Below are positions 28,992 through 38,156 of a DNA stretch of 64,000 nt, piece after piece (the first letter of the stretch is position 1; every line of letters starts with the position of its first letter). The DNA comes from Candidatus Krumholzibacteriales bacterium (lineage in GTDB: Bacteria > Krumholzibacteriota > Krumholzibacteriia > Krumholzibacteriales > WJIX01): the NCBI GenBank assembly GCA_046483305.1, contig JAWODM010000046.1:72145-136144 (forward strand), in the 5' to 3' direction. The notes under the pieces were generated by a model. It saw only the letters and a program-made list of their open reading frames with translations. It had not been told where the DNA came from and did not search any database. Position numbers and translations under genes: made by a program.

Positions 28992-31900
28992 TGACCTGAA
29001 TCTCCTGGTTAATAAGACCCCTTATTCCTCCCGATCTCCTGGCATACTTCAGCAGCAGGTTCCCCCGTATATTCTTGCTGAAACCGTAGGTGAACTGCGG
29101 TGTTACCGCAATCGAAGAAGACGGGGGCCTGTCATGATAATCATTTCTAGCATACGATATACTCAGACTGGAAGTCAAATTACTCTTGAAAGATATCTTC
29201 TTATCTCCCAGAAAGGGGATCGGCAGCCCGATACCTTTCTTCCCGCTGATATCATATCTCAGGTTAAGGTTGGCCTGATAAAGCTTTTCCCACATCAACT
29301 GGCCCCTGAGATCCTTGTCCTCCTGCTTATAGGTCAGAGAAAGGGTCGAAATAAGGCCGTTTACCCATGTCTGGGTCCAGTCCGGAGAAACTCTGTTCTC
29401 TGTCCTGGTGTTGAATTGCCGGATGGACTGTCTTCTTTCGTAATTGAGGTTGAATGAGCTGGTCTTTATATAATTGCCCAGAAAGCCCACGGTCCCCAGC
29501 CCCGCCCAGCTCAGGCTCATATCGGGCCAGATGATATTCTCCGATTCATCCTCCCCGCCGTTACTCTTTCTTATAGTCCGGGTGTAGCGCCCCCCCAGGT
29601 TTATCTTTATATCCTCGGTCAAATCGAGTTTGGTACTCATATTCAATTCCAGAGTCTGCCCGGCGACCACCGGCACCTTCTGCTTTTTGCCGGACCTTCC
29701 AACCGCCCCGCTCTCTTCCTGAAACCCCAATCTGTATCCCAGGCTGGCTCTGTCATACAGATAGTCGTAGGAGCTGTTATTTCTCAGGTCCAACCCGGTC
29801 TTGACCGGATGAATCCTGGAAAGCGCCCCGAAAAACTTTTTCACTATCCAGAGACGGTCAACCCCGCCTGCGTCCACCGAATCAGCTTCTGCCTCCTCAG
29901 GCTCCACCATCTCTTCCCTATCTGTTTTTTTCTCCTCCCGCAGATAACGGGATATCAGCTTGAGGTATTTACCCTGCTTCTTCTCAAGGGGCGGAAGTTC
30001 GTCCTCCTCGCCGGTGAGAAGCCTGCGTTCCCGCTCGCTGAGTTTTTCTCTGTTGTACTTCCGGTCAATAAATACTTTGAAATTCAGGTTTACGGTACGG
30101 GATCTGATTCTCCGCTTCTTTTCTGTTTCCTTCTCCTCCTTCCGCTCCGGGCCGAACTTTTCCACAAACCCCAGGATATCCTCGGCATAGTCGCCAACCT
30201 TGAAATCCAGGTTGGCGCTGATGGTCCTGCCCATATTGACCCCCCTGGTTCCCATCGGATCTTCAGCTCTTCTCTTACCTCCGAGGTTTTCGCTGTAACT
30301 GACCTGGTACCTGAAATACGGACTGAACTGGGATATCAGGGGAATGCCCGATTTGGGATCGAACACGAAGGAAGCCGATTCATTGTAATTCTTCAGCATC
30401 CCGATTGTAATCCCGTGGAACTGATGCTTCATCCCCATATCCCTTGTTTCCTGCCTGTCGTACCGCATTTTCATCGATTCGAAAGGATCGTAGGCAAAGT
30501 GCATCTTATTGGTCCAGCCGGCGCTGTAGTTCACCGGGGCCTTGATGAAGTCATCGCCTCTGATGTAATAGCTCTTTTTGACATTTCTGTTGGCATTGGC
30601 CGTGAAGGAGAGGTTGGACAGCCAGTAGTGCCACTTGATACCTTTGAACAGTTCTATGACGCGGTCCCGGCTGAAGGTCAGGTTATAGTTCAGCGACCCT
30701 CCCATTGAGATGATGGTGTCCTTGCTGGTAGGCGAATAAGACCCCTGCCGGGAGTAACTGTAGTTGAGGCTGAGGTTATCGAAAAGGTTCTTCATCAGGA
30801 AATTAGACGAACCGCTCCTGGTGAGAGAAACTCCGAACTTATAGGAGCGGGATGCCGCCACCAGGCTGTCCCGGACCGACTCTTCCTGAATCTCCACATC
30901 GCTCTGGGTGAGGTATTTCGGTTTGCTTCTGCTGTAGGAAAAATCGAGAGAGACCGGTATATTGAATCCGGCGGTGGGAATAAAGTGCCCCAGTCGTGTT
31001 TTGCCCCCGACCCCGTAATTATTCCGGGTCATTCCGCTCCCCCGATTCTGCTGCAGGGACCGGAACTCCGCCCCGGTTCTCTGCCAGCTTCCTCTGAGGG
31101 ACAGCACCCCTCCTCCCAGATTGACGGCGATGTTCGCCTTGGCGGCATAATCCGTATCTCTTCGCACCCCGCTGAGAATTATATCGTTGAACATGAACCT
31201 GGTGGCAGGTATTATATTGTCCGACCTGTTCCTGAGCCCCGCAAAGAGATACCGGACCCTGGAAAGGAGCGGCGTCCCCCGCAATCTTCCCCTGTAAGTG
31301 CGGCCGGCGTAGCGGGCGTCCCTGATGGTTCCTTCCACCCGTTCGGACTCGGCGTCGATCTTCAGATTGGTCAGTTCGCTCAGCTCAATGACCACATGCC
31401 TCCACCCCGGGTCCATATCGCCGGTTATGGGGATAGCTATCTCGTAATACTTCAGGCTGTCGTGCGCTATCTGGAGAAAGAACTCAGCTTCGTCGCTCTG
31501 CTCGTCAAAGCGGCTGATGAGCTCCTCGTCGAAGTTATAGTAGAATTCGATCTCCCTGTACTGCTGGAAATTCTTTCCCTCGCCGACGTAATTCCGGAAG
31601 TATTTGAAGCCGGTGCTGTCCGCAAAGTTCTCCACATCGAAGACCAGGGACTGCTCTTTTCTGGCTATTCCTTCCTCTTCCTCTACGTCGAAAGGCGATT
31701 TATATATACTGGGGTTGTCCTTGTTGTTAAGAGTTCCCACCTTTACGCTCATGTCGTCCGCCTGGATCTCAGCGAATGATCTGATATTACCCTCCAGGTC
31801 CCTGATATTGTTATAGATCCACTTGCTCCCCACGAACTTCAGCTCCGCCAGCTCCAGCAAGTGCTCCGTGCCGGACGACCCCACCCTGGCGTTTATCTGC

Positions 31901-34900
31901 TCGGCATCCTCTACCCATATTCTCATATGAGAGATAGCGTCCAGGCGTGGAGGATAATTGCCCATTACCCTCAGGGAGTCCAGGTCGAGGCGGTACAGCC
32001 TCCACGATTTATTGCCCTCTATGTCGTAACCGGGGAAATCCCTCCGGACATCTATCAGGGCGGAGTCCGCCAGGCTGAATTCCATGGAGTAATAGTAGTT
32101 GTCTTCATCAAGGCGGTTGTTGCCATTCATATCCTCGGTATCATGAATATTGTTTCCGATCCTTGAATTTATCCATTTATAGATTCCCCGGTCCGGATCA
32201 TAGGTGGACTCGTCAAACCTCTCGGGATACCTCCGGGTCGGATACTCTTCCCCTGCCGGAAAACCTTTATCATCTTCGGTTGCGATCCATATCTTGTCGT
32301 CGGGGGGGTGATTCTTCTCATCGTCGTACTGGTTCAGTTCCGGATTAAAGAAATCCTCGTCTATGTCCCCGAAATCTATATGGACGGTCCCGGCCCTGGA
32401 GGTGCTGTCGGGGGTGTAGTCGTTTACCCATATCTCCAGGTACTGAGCGGTGGTCAGGTCCAGCCCTCCCACAAACCCGCTCATTACACCCATCCACTGC
32501 TGGTCCTCAGGGTTTATCGCTTTCATGAACAGCGAAGTAATCCTGGCGTTCTCTCTCTCGTCGATCTTGGGATTGAGGTCCTCCTTGCTGGTCACCAGGT
32601 CCTCCTGCTGGTCGGTGGTAGCCGGATTGTACCAGTAGAATTCCATACCCTCCGGCAAGGGATTCAGGGTCCGGCCGTCGTCTGCGGGGTCCAGGGGAGG
32701 CGAGGCCTGATACCACTGCTGCCTGGTCATCCTCAGCCGGTCGCTGTCCTCCACCCCTTCCATATCCTCCACGAAGGCGCTTCCCTTGGTATTGGGGTCC
32801 GGTATGCTGAGAGCGAGCTCCCCTCCAAAATTAACCCGGCTCTCTTCGCTGGTGTCCACTCTGGGCAGCAGATTAGCCAGGGAGGTCAGCCAAGAGGGCT
32901 TGAATATGAAATCGCTGTTGATATCGCCTGCCATATTCCTAGTGGGCTCGGCTCCCAGTTTCGGCCGGTACTTGCTGGCCCCGGTTGAATTATAGAGGAA
33001 CATCCCGTTGATCCTGGCGTTCTGGGATATCTCATATTCGGCGGCCAGTCCCAGAAGCGAGCTCTTCTGCCCCCCTATCAGAGGCTCCTTCTGGTAATCT
33101 ATATTGATCTCCGCGTTGGGGTCGTTCTGGATCTCCAGCAGTATATCCCCCTTCAGGGTGACTATGCCGGAGAGGTAATCGATATCGTAATCGGTCCCCC
33201 TGGAAAGGGTCTTTCCCCCGACCCGGACCACCTCGCTCCCCTCTATTATATTGAAGGCGTTCAGCTGAAGGGTCTTCTGCCCGCTGGATCCCTCCACCAC
33301 AATGTCGAATTTATGCGGCATCTGGCTCTGGCTCGGTTTCCCGTCGTAGATGAGATCATTCCGGGTCAGGACGGCATCTACGGTGGTCGCGGTATCTCCC
33401 AGGTAATCCCGCATCACCGGTTCGGGTATCTTAAAGGGCTCCGGCCAGGGAAACATCAGCCATCCGTGATGGTAGTTGATCAACCCCTCTGTATTGTCGA
33501 TCCGGTCGTCAGGCTCCGGGTTTCCGGCGTCGTCGACCCTGTCAAGGCCGAATATCCTGAGATAGGAGAGCCCCGTGGAGTCCTCCATACTCTTTGTTCC
33601 GGTTACCTTATCGGTTTCCTCTATTGATATATCAAGGGTTCCGCCCCGGATATCCCCCAGCCCCAGTGAATATACGTTCCTCATCATCATATACCAGGTG
33701 GTTGGGTACTTGGCCCCGGGCTCGTCGGGAGGCAGGAAATCCTCGTCGCGCGGACAAATCAGCTCCGCGGTGAGAGTGTCAGATTCGCTTTCGGGGTAAA
33801 CGCCGTAATCACCGATAACATCTCCCACGTTATTCCTGTATCTTACAACCAGCGCTTTTTCTTCGGGAAGCGGCCGGTAGAGGTAAATCCCTATATACCT
33901 GGGCTCATCCCCCTCGTATCCGTAATCCCTGATCAGTTCAAAGTCCTCGTACCTCTCCAGCTGTGTGAACTTTGCCCTGTATGCCTGGTTGGAAGATGGG
34001 TCTATCGCTCCGTTCAGCGGAGCCGGATAGGCCTTGACGTTCCACCTGGCCACATCGTCGGTGATCTCCTGCAGGTCGCTCTCATCCAGTTCGATAAATA
34101 CCTCAACCAGATACTGCCCCTCCCCTACCGGGTACCTGAAGAAACCGGGCTGCGGAGACAGGAAGGATTCGCCGGGATTTTCGAAATAGAAGAACTGCCT
34201 CTTCATGAACCTGTAATCCTCTATCACATTTCTGGAGGTCTGGCCGCCGCTGGACTTGAAGGTGCCGGTTGCTGTTTCCCCTTCCTCCTTGCTTGCCACA
34301 AAGGTCATATCCACCGGGCCCAACTGGGCCTTGGTCTTTATTCCGAACAACCCCTGGGCGGAGCCGGAATAACGTACCAGGGTGGCCCCCTTCAGGGAAA
34401 GATCGGTGTCTCCCATTTCGATCAGTTTTATAATATCGTCATCGAACCCCTGATAGCGCACATTCACCTTGTTCACCGACTGCATACCGGTTCCCTGGCT
34501 GGAGTGCGATATCTTGACCTTGATCTTCTCGCCGATGGTTCCGTTGAGGTCGACGGCAAGGTTCTGCTTCATATCCAGGTCGGGGAACTTCTGGGGCTCC
34601 GGCCTTCCCTCTGTCCGGGGACAGTTGCTGCACCACTGGGAAGTTCCCCCGATACTGATCTCCTCCCGGCCGGTGATGGAGAGGTTGGTCTCTTCTCCCT
34701 CGCCTATGAACCACTCCAGCTGGTCGGGCAGGTCTATCGGGATATCGATATCCAGCAGGCCCTTCCGGTGAGTCTCTTTTCTTTCCCTTTCCAGTTCGTA
34801 CCTCACCGATTCCACCCAGACCTCGCGCAGCGAGCTTTTTCTGATCTTCTCCATCCTGTCACCGATAGTCTGTATATCTATATCCATTCCGGGGATTCTC

Positions 34901-35277
34901 ATATCCCTGCCCGAGAAGGTGAAGAATTCTCCCTCCCGGCTTTCCCTTCTGAAGAAAGGGTACTGCCCGGGGATTTTAAACTCGTAAACCAGGCCGGAGC
35001 GGGCGTCGAATTCCCTGTAACTTTCTCTCAGGTCGGGTACGGAGCCGAGGAAAGAACTGCGGTATGCCAGCCCCAGTTTCATATGCCCCGGCGGGATCTC
35101 TTCATTCTCCCACCTGTATTCTCTGAGGCGCAGTTTCTCTCCTATTTCTATCAGGTTTGGTTTGAAGTCGGCCCTGTAACCGGCCGCGCAGAATACCGCG
35201 GATGAAAAGATTACGGAAATGAATGCAATTACCGCAAGGGTGAGAAATATTCTATTGAGTTCACGAGCAGAGTACAA
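28966..35277 (-). CDS. sprA: SprA/Sov-like large outer-membrane beta-barrel (type IX secretion translocon homolog)
   Basis: 2103 aa; signal peptide; GTIGEKIKV, YQGFDDDIIKLIEMG, GLFGIKTKAQLG, GSEVVRVGGKTLSRGTDYDIDYLSG, AFVEDMEG, DTEDMNGN; alternating beta-strand C-terminus ending in Phe. Confidence 0.85.
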   Translation of the reverse strand: MYSARELNRIFLTLAVIAFISVIFSSAVFCAAGYRADFKPNLIEIGEKLRLREYRWENEEIPPGHMKLGLAYRSSFLGSVPDLRESYREFDARSGLVYEFKIPGQYPFFRRESREGEFFTFSGRDMRIPGMDIDIQTIGDRMEKIRKSSLREVWVESVRYELERERKETHRKGLLDIDIPIDLPDQLEWFIGEGEETNLSITGREEISIGGTSQWCSNCPRTEGRPEPQKFPDLDMKQNLAVDLNGTIGEKIKVKISHSSQGTGMQSVNKVNVRYQGFDDDIIKLIEMGDTDLSLKGATLVRYSGSAQGLFGIKTKAQLGPVDMTFVASKEEGETATGTFKSSGGQTSRNVIEDYRFMKRQFFYFENPGESFLSPQPGFFRYPVGEGQYLVEVFIELDESDLQEITDDVARWNVKAYPAPLNGAIDPSSNQAYRAKFTQLERYEDFELIRDYGYEGDEPRYIGIYLYRPLPEEKALVVRYRNNVGDVIGDYGVYPESESDTLTAELICPRDEDFLPPDEPGAKYPTTWYMMMRNVYSLGLGDIRGGTLDISIEETDKVTGTKSMEDSTGLSYLRIFGLDRVDDAGNPEPDDRIDNTEGLINYHHGWLMFPWPEPFKIPEPVMRDYLGDTATTVDAVLTRNDLIYDGKPSQSQMPHKFDIVVEGSSGQKTLQLNAFNIIEGSEVVRVGGKTLSRGTDYDIDYLSGIVTLKGDILLEIQNDPNAEINIDYQKEPLIGGQKSSLLGLAAEYEISQNARINGMFLYNSTGASKYRPKLGAEPTRNMAGDINSDFIFKPSWLTSLANLLPRVDTSEESRVNFGGELALSIPDPNTKGSAFVEDMEGVEDSDRLRMTRQQWYQASPPLDPADDGRTLNPLPEGMEFYWYNPATTDQQEDLVTSKEDLNPKIDERENARITSLFMKAINPEDQQWMGVMSGFVGGLDLTTAQYLEIWVNDYTPDSTSRAGTVHIDFGDIDEDFFNPELNQYDDEKNHPPDDKIWIATEDDKGFPAGEEYPTRRYPERFDESTYDPDRGIYKWINSRIGNNIHDTEDMNGNNRLDEDNYYYSMEFSLADSALIDVRRDFPGYDIEGNKSWRLYRLDLDSLRVMGNYPPRLDAISHMRIWVEDAEQINARVGSSGTEHLLELAELKFVGSKWIYNNIRDLEGNIRSFAEIQADDMSVKVGTLNNKDNPSIYKSPFDVEEEEGIARKEQSLVFDVENFADSTGFKYFRNYVGEGKNFQQYREIEFYYNFDEELISRFDEQSDEAEFFLQIAHDSLKYYEIAIPITGDMDPGWRHVVIELSELTNLKIDAESERVEGTIRDARYAGRTYRGRLRGTPLLSRVRYLFAGLRNRSDNIIPATRFMFNDIILSGVRRDTDYAAKANIAVNLGGGVLSLRGSWQRTGAEFRSLQQNRGSGMTRNNYGVGGKTRLGHFIPTAGFNIPVSLDFSYSRSKPKYLTQSDVEIQEESVRDSLVAASRSYKFGVSLTRSGSSNFLMKNLFDNLSLNYSYSRQGSYSPTSKDTIISMGGSLNYNLTFSRDRVIELFKGIKWHYWLSNLSFTANANRNVKKSYYIRGDDFIKAPVNYSAGWTNKMHFAYDPFESMKMRYDRQETRDMGMKHQFHGITIGMLKNYNESASFVFDPKSGIPLISQFSPYFRYQVSYSENLGGKRRAEDPMGTRGVNMGRTISANLDFKVGDYAEDILGFVEKFGPERKEEKETEKKRRIRSRTVNLNFKVFIDRKYNREKLSERERRLLTGEEDELPPLEKKQGKYLKLISRYLREEKKTDREEMVEPEEAEADSVDAGGVDRLWIVKKFFGALSRIHPVKTGLDLRNNSSYDYLYDRASLGYRLGFQEESGAVGRSGKKQKVPVVAGQTLELNMSTKLDLTEDIKINLGGRYTRTIRKSNGGEDESENIIWPDMSLSWAGLGTVGFLGNYIKTSSFNLNYERRQSIRQFNTRTENRVSPDWTQTWVNGLISTLSLTYKQEDKDLRGQLMWEKLYQANLNLRYDISGKKGIGLPIPFLGDKKISFKSNLTSSLSISYARNDYHDRPPSSSIAVTPQFTYGFSKNIRGNLLLKYARRSGGIRGLINQEIQVSASATFKF

Positions 35278-35602
35278 ATCTGTTATCCATTGCGGTTAAA
35301 GAGAAAAAACTACATATCATTATCCGATTATGTTAACTTTACCAACAACAGCATGTAACATCCGGGAACGGGGAAAGTCGAGAAATGTCCACAAAAGAAT
35401 ACAGTTATCCTTCTTTCTGTATAGAAAAAGATACACCACTCCGGCAACCTCCAGAACCTGTAAATAGGTGGGGCCAGGCGGAGCGGGTATCCCGGAATTT
35501 CAGCTGTCTGCCTCTGACAGAGGTGGCCGGAAAGCCTGTCGCTCACCCATGTCAGTCTCTCTCAATCTATATTTCAACAGGCCGGTTTAACCCCTTAAAT
35601 AT

Positions 35603-36982
35603 ATGAAAACAAATATAATAGACAGATATATACTCAGGAATCATGTCAAACCCTACCTGTTCGGTTTTTCGATCATTACCTTTATCTTCATCATGGATTT
35701 CATTTACCGCTACCTCGATGATTTCATAGGTAAGGGCATCAGCATATTTACGGTTCTCGAGTTTTTCGTTCTCAGCCTTGGACATATGTTCGCATTAATT
35801 ATTCCAATGTCGGTAATGCCGGCTACTCTTATGGCGTTCGGGCGGATGGCCTCCGACAATGAGATAACCGCGCTGAAGGCCAGCGGGCTTTCTCTGTACA
35901 GGTTGATACTCCCCGTACTGATTGTTTCGGTTATTCTTACCGGCGGCCTGGTATACTTCAATAACTATATTCTTCCGGAAAGCAATCACCGGCTGATGGC
36001 GCTGATGATGGATATCGGAAGGATGAAACCGACCATTCAGATAAAGGAGAATATCTTCAGCGGGGCTATCGAAGGTTATACGATGCTGATAGAGGAGAAG
36101 GATGACAAGACCGGCCGGATCAGGGGAATTCAGATCTTTCAGCGCAACGAGGAGGGGGTTCCCACCATAATAGTGGCCGAGAAGGGCAGGATGCAGTATA
36201 TAAAGAGCAGGAATGTTCTCAAGTTCGAGCTGGAGAACGGTGAAATCCACAAGATGCCTAATCTGGACGATATCTCCACTTACCGCAAGACCCTGTTCAA
36301 GCAGTACACCCTTAACATAAGGGATACGGGCAGGGAGCTGAAGAGAACCAGGAGGGATTACCGGGGCGACAGGGAGATGAACATTTCGATGATGAAGGCG
36401 AGGATCAGAGAAATCAACCATGATATCGACCGGCGGCTGGAAAAGATGCACCGATCGGCGGCAGAGCCGGTAAGAGAGGCTTTTGACCTGCTGTTCTCCT
36501 CGGAAGGCGACAGCGCGGCGGTGGCGAAGGCGGAGTTTGCGGCGGGAAAAAGAAATAACCGGATGCACGAAGTCAGAAAAACCCTCCAGAAGATTCAGAA
36601 TGAAATAAGGGTTATGAAAGACAAGAAAGGTCAGATAAGCAGGTACAAGGTCGAGATACAGAAAAAATATTCGATCGCCTTCAGCTGCGTGATATTCGTT
36701 CTGATAGGTTCTCCTCTGGCGCTTCTTTCCGGAAAGAGGGGAATGGCCATGGCGATCGGGCTCAGTATACTCTTTTTCGTGGTATACTACGTATTTCTGA
36801 TAGGTGGAGAAAAACTGGCGGACAGGCAGTACCTGCCTCCGTGGCTGTCGATGTGGCTGCCGAATATAATCTTCGGAACCGCGGCCTTCATACTTATTCA
36901 CCAGACAGTACGGGAAACCAGAACCATCAACTGGGAAAGGATCAACCTGATCAGGAGATGGAGGAACAGGAATAAAAGCTGA
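35603..36982 (+). CDS. lptF: LPS export ABC permease LptF (YjgP/YjgQ family)
   Basis: IIDRYILR, GRMASDNEITALKASGLS, three N-terminal and three C-terminal TMs, MWLPNII. Confidence 0.88.
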   Translation: MKTNIIDRYILRNHVKPYLFGFSIITFIFIMDFIYRYLDDFIGKGISIFTVLEFFVLSLGHMFALIIPMSVMPATLMAFGRMASDNEITALKASGLSLYRLILPVLIVSVILTGGLVYFNNYILPESNHRLMALMMDIGRMKPTIQIKENIFSGAIEGYTMLIEEKDDKTGRIRGIQIFQRNEEGVPTIIVAEKGRMQYIKSRNVLKFELENGEIHKMPNLDDISTYRKTLFKQYTLNIRDTGRELKRTRRDYRGDREMNISMMKARIREINHDIDRRLEKMHRSAAEPVREAFDLLFSSEGDSAAVAKAEFAAGKRNNRMHEVRKTLQKIQNEIRVMKDKKGQISRYKVEIQKKYSIAFSCVIFVLIGSPLALLSGKRGMAMAIGLSILFFVVYYVFLIGGEKLADRQYLPPWLSMWLPNIIFGTAAFILIHQTVRETRTINWERINLIRRWRNRNKS

Positions 36983-37016
36983 CCGGATATATAAAACTGA
37001 AAGCTGAATTAACAAA

Positions 37017-38096
37017 ATGAAGATACACGATAAATTCATCCTTTCCTCATTCTGGAAGAATATCTTTATCGGCCTTCTGACCTTTATCCTCATCTATATC
37101 ACGGTGGATTTCAACGAGGAAATTGACACATTTCTGGATAATGACGCTACCGCTATACAGATAGCCTCTTATTACCTGTCCAGGCTTCCCTGGATCATAA
37201 TGCTTACCCATCCGGTGGCGGTGCTTCTCTCCACGGTATTTACCCTGGGGAAAATGTCAAGGGACAACGAGCTTACCGCCTTTATAGCTTCGGGAACTCC
37301 GCTGGTCAGACTGGCGCTGCCTCTGATTATATCCGCCCTGATTATTTCTCTGCTGTCCATAGCCCTTAATGAGCTGTTAGTCCCTCCCGCGAATCACAGA
37401 GCGGAAAAGATCATGAAACACGACATCGAGAAACGGGAAGCAAGGAATACTTCCAAGGTTAAACAGGACCTGTTCTACCAGGGCGAGGGCGGCGTAACCT
37501 ACTACGCCGAGAAATACGACGTCAAATTAAAGGCGTTTACCAATCTGGTAGTGCAGCAGTATGAGGGCTCCCATCTGAAGAAGAGAATAGACGCGGAGAA
37601 GGGTTTCTGGAACGGATCGGAGTGGGTACTTCTGAAGGGGGCGACCAGGAAATTCAGTAACGGAGGGGAAAAATCGGAACAGTTTGCCAGAAGGACCGTA
37701 AAGTGGCTGAAGGTAAAACCGGAGGACCTCAGCAAGGAACAGCTGGAGCCGGAAGAGATGAATTACGTGCAGCTGAAGGAGTACATTGACAAGATAAGGC
37801 GCCAGGGAGGCAGCACCAGCAAGTACGAGGTGGACCTGCATTTTAAATTCAGCTTCCCCCTGACCAGCTTTCTTTTCTCAATTATCGGAATATCTTTTTC
37901 CTCCGGTAAGCGGAAGCCCTCCATTGCTACGGGCTTCGGCCTCACCCTGGTAGTCAGCTTCACATATTACGGCATCCTCCGGATAGGCCAGGCGATGGGC
38001 CAGAGCGGGTTAATCCCCCCGGTGATAAGCGCGTGGGGCGTTAATATAATTTTCATCATCCTGGGGGGGATAATGCTTTACCGGGCAAACAGGTAA
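37017..38096 (+). CDS. lptG: LPS export ABC permease LptG (YjgP/YjgQ family)
   Basis: MSRDNELTAFIASG, PEEMNY.QL..YI, HFKFSFP, SAWGVNI. Confidence 0.88.
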   Translation: MKIHDKFILSSFWKNIFIGLLTFILIYITVDFNEEIDTFLDNDATAIQIASYYLSRLPWIIMLTHPVAVLLSTVFTLGKMSRDNELTAFIASGTPLVRLALPLIISALIISLLSIALNELLVPPANHRAEKIMKHDIEKREARNTSKVKQDLFYQGEGGVTYYAEKYDVKLKAFTNLVVQQYEGSHLKKRIDAEKGFWNGSEWVLLKGATRKFSNGGEKSEQFARRTVKWLKVKPEDLSKEQLEPEEMNYVQLKEYIDKIRRQGGSTSKYEVDLHFKFSFPLTSFLFSIIGISFSSGKRKPSIATGFGLTLVVSFTYYGILRIGQAMGQSGLIPPVISAWGVNIIFIILGGIMLYRANR

Positions 38097-38156
38097 CATG
38101 AGGTTGTGCGGCGGGCCGGCACTCCATTATATTATACGGGATGGAGGGATAAAAGA

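Noticed and set aside
35283..35410. Replication origin (three TTATCC hexamers and a GTCCACA in the sprA-lptF spacer)
   Set aside because: All differ from the DnaA box TTATCCACA at 2-3 positions, one coincides with the sprA ribosome-binding region, no dnaA/dnaN/gidA is nearby and the dominant gene orientation does not switch
35328..35606. Small ORFs (72-73 aa) in the sprA-lptF spacer
   Set aside because: No clear ribosome-binding site or protein-like features; the spacer is needed for two divergent promoters; cannot be fully excluded without expression data
35795..37093. 432-aa minus-strand ORF
   Set aside because: Antisense shadow of lptF
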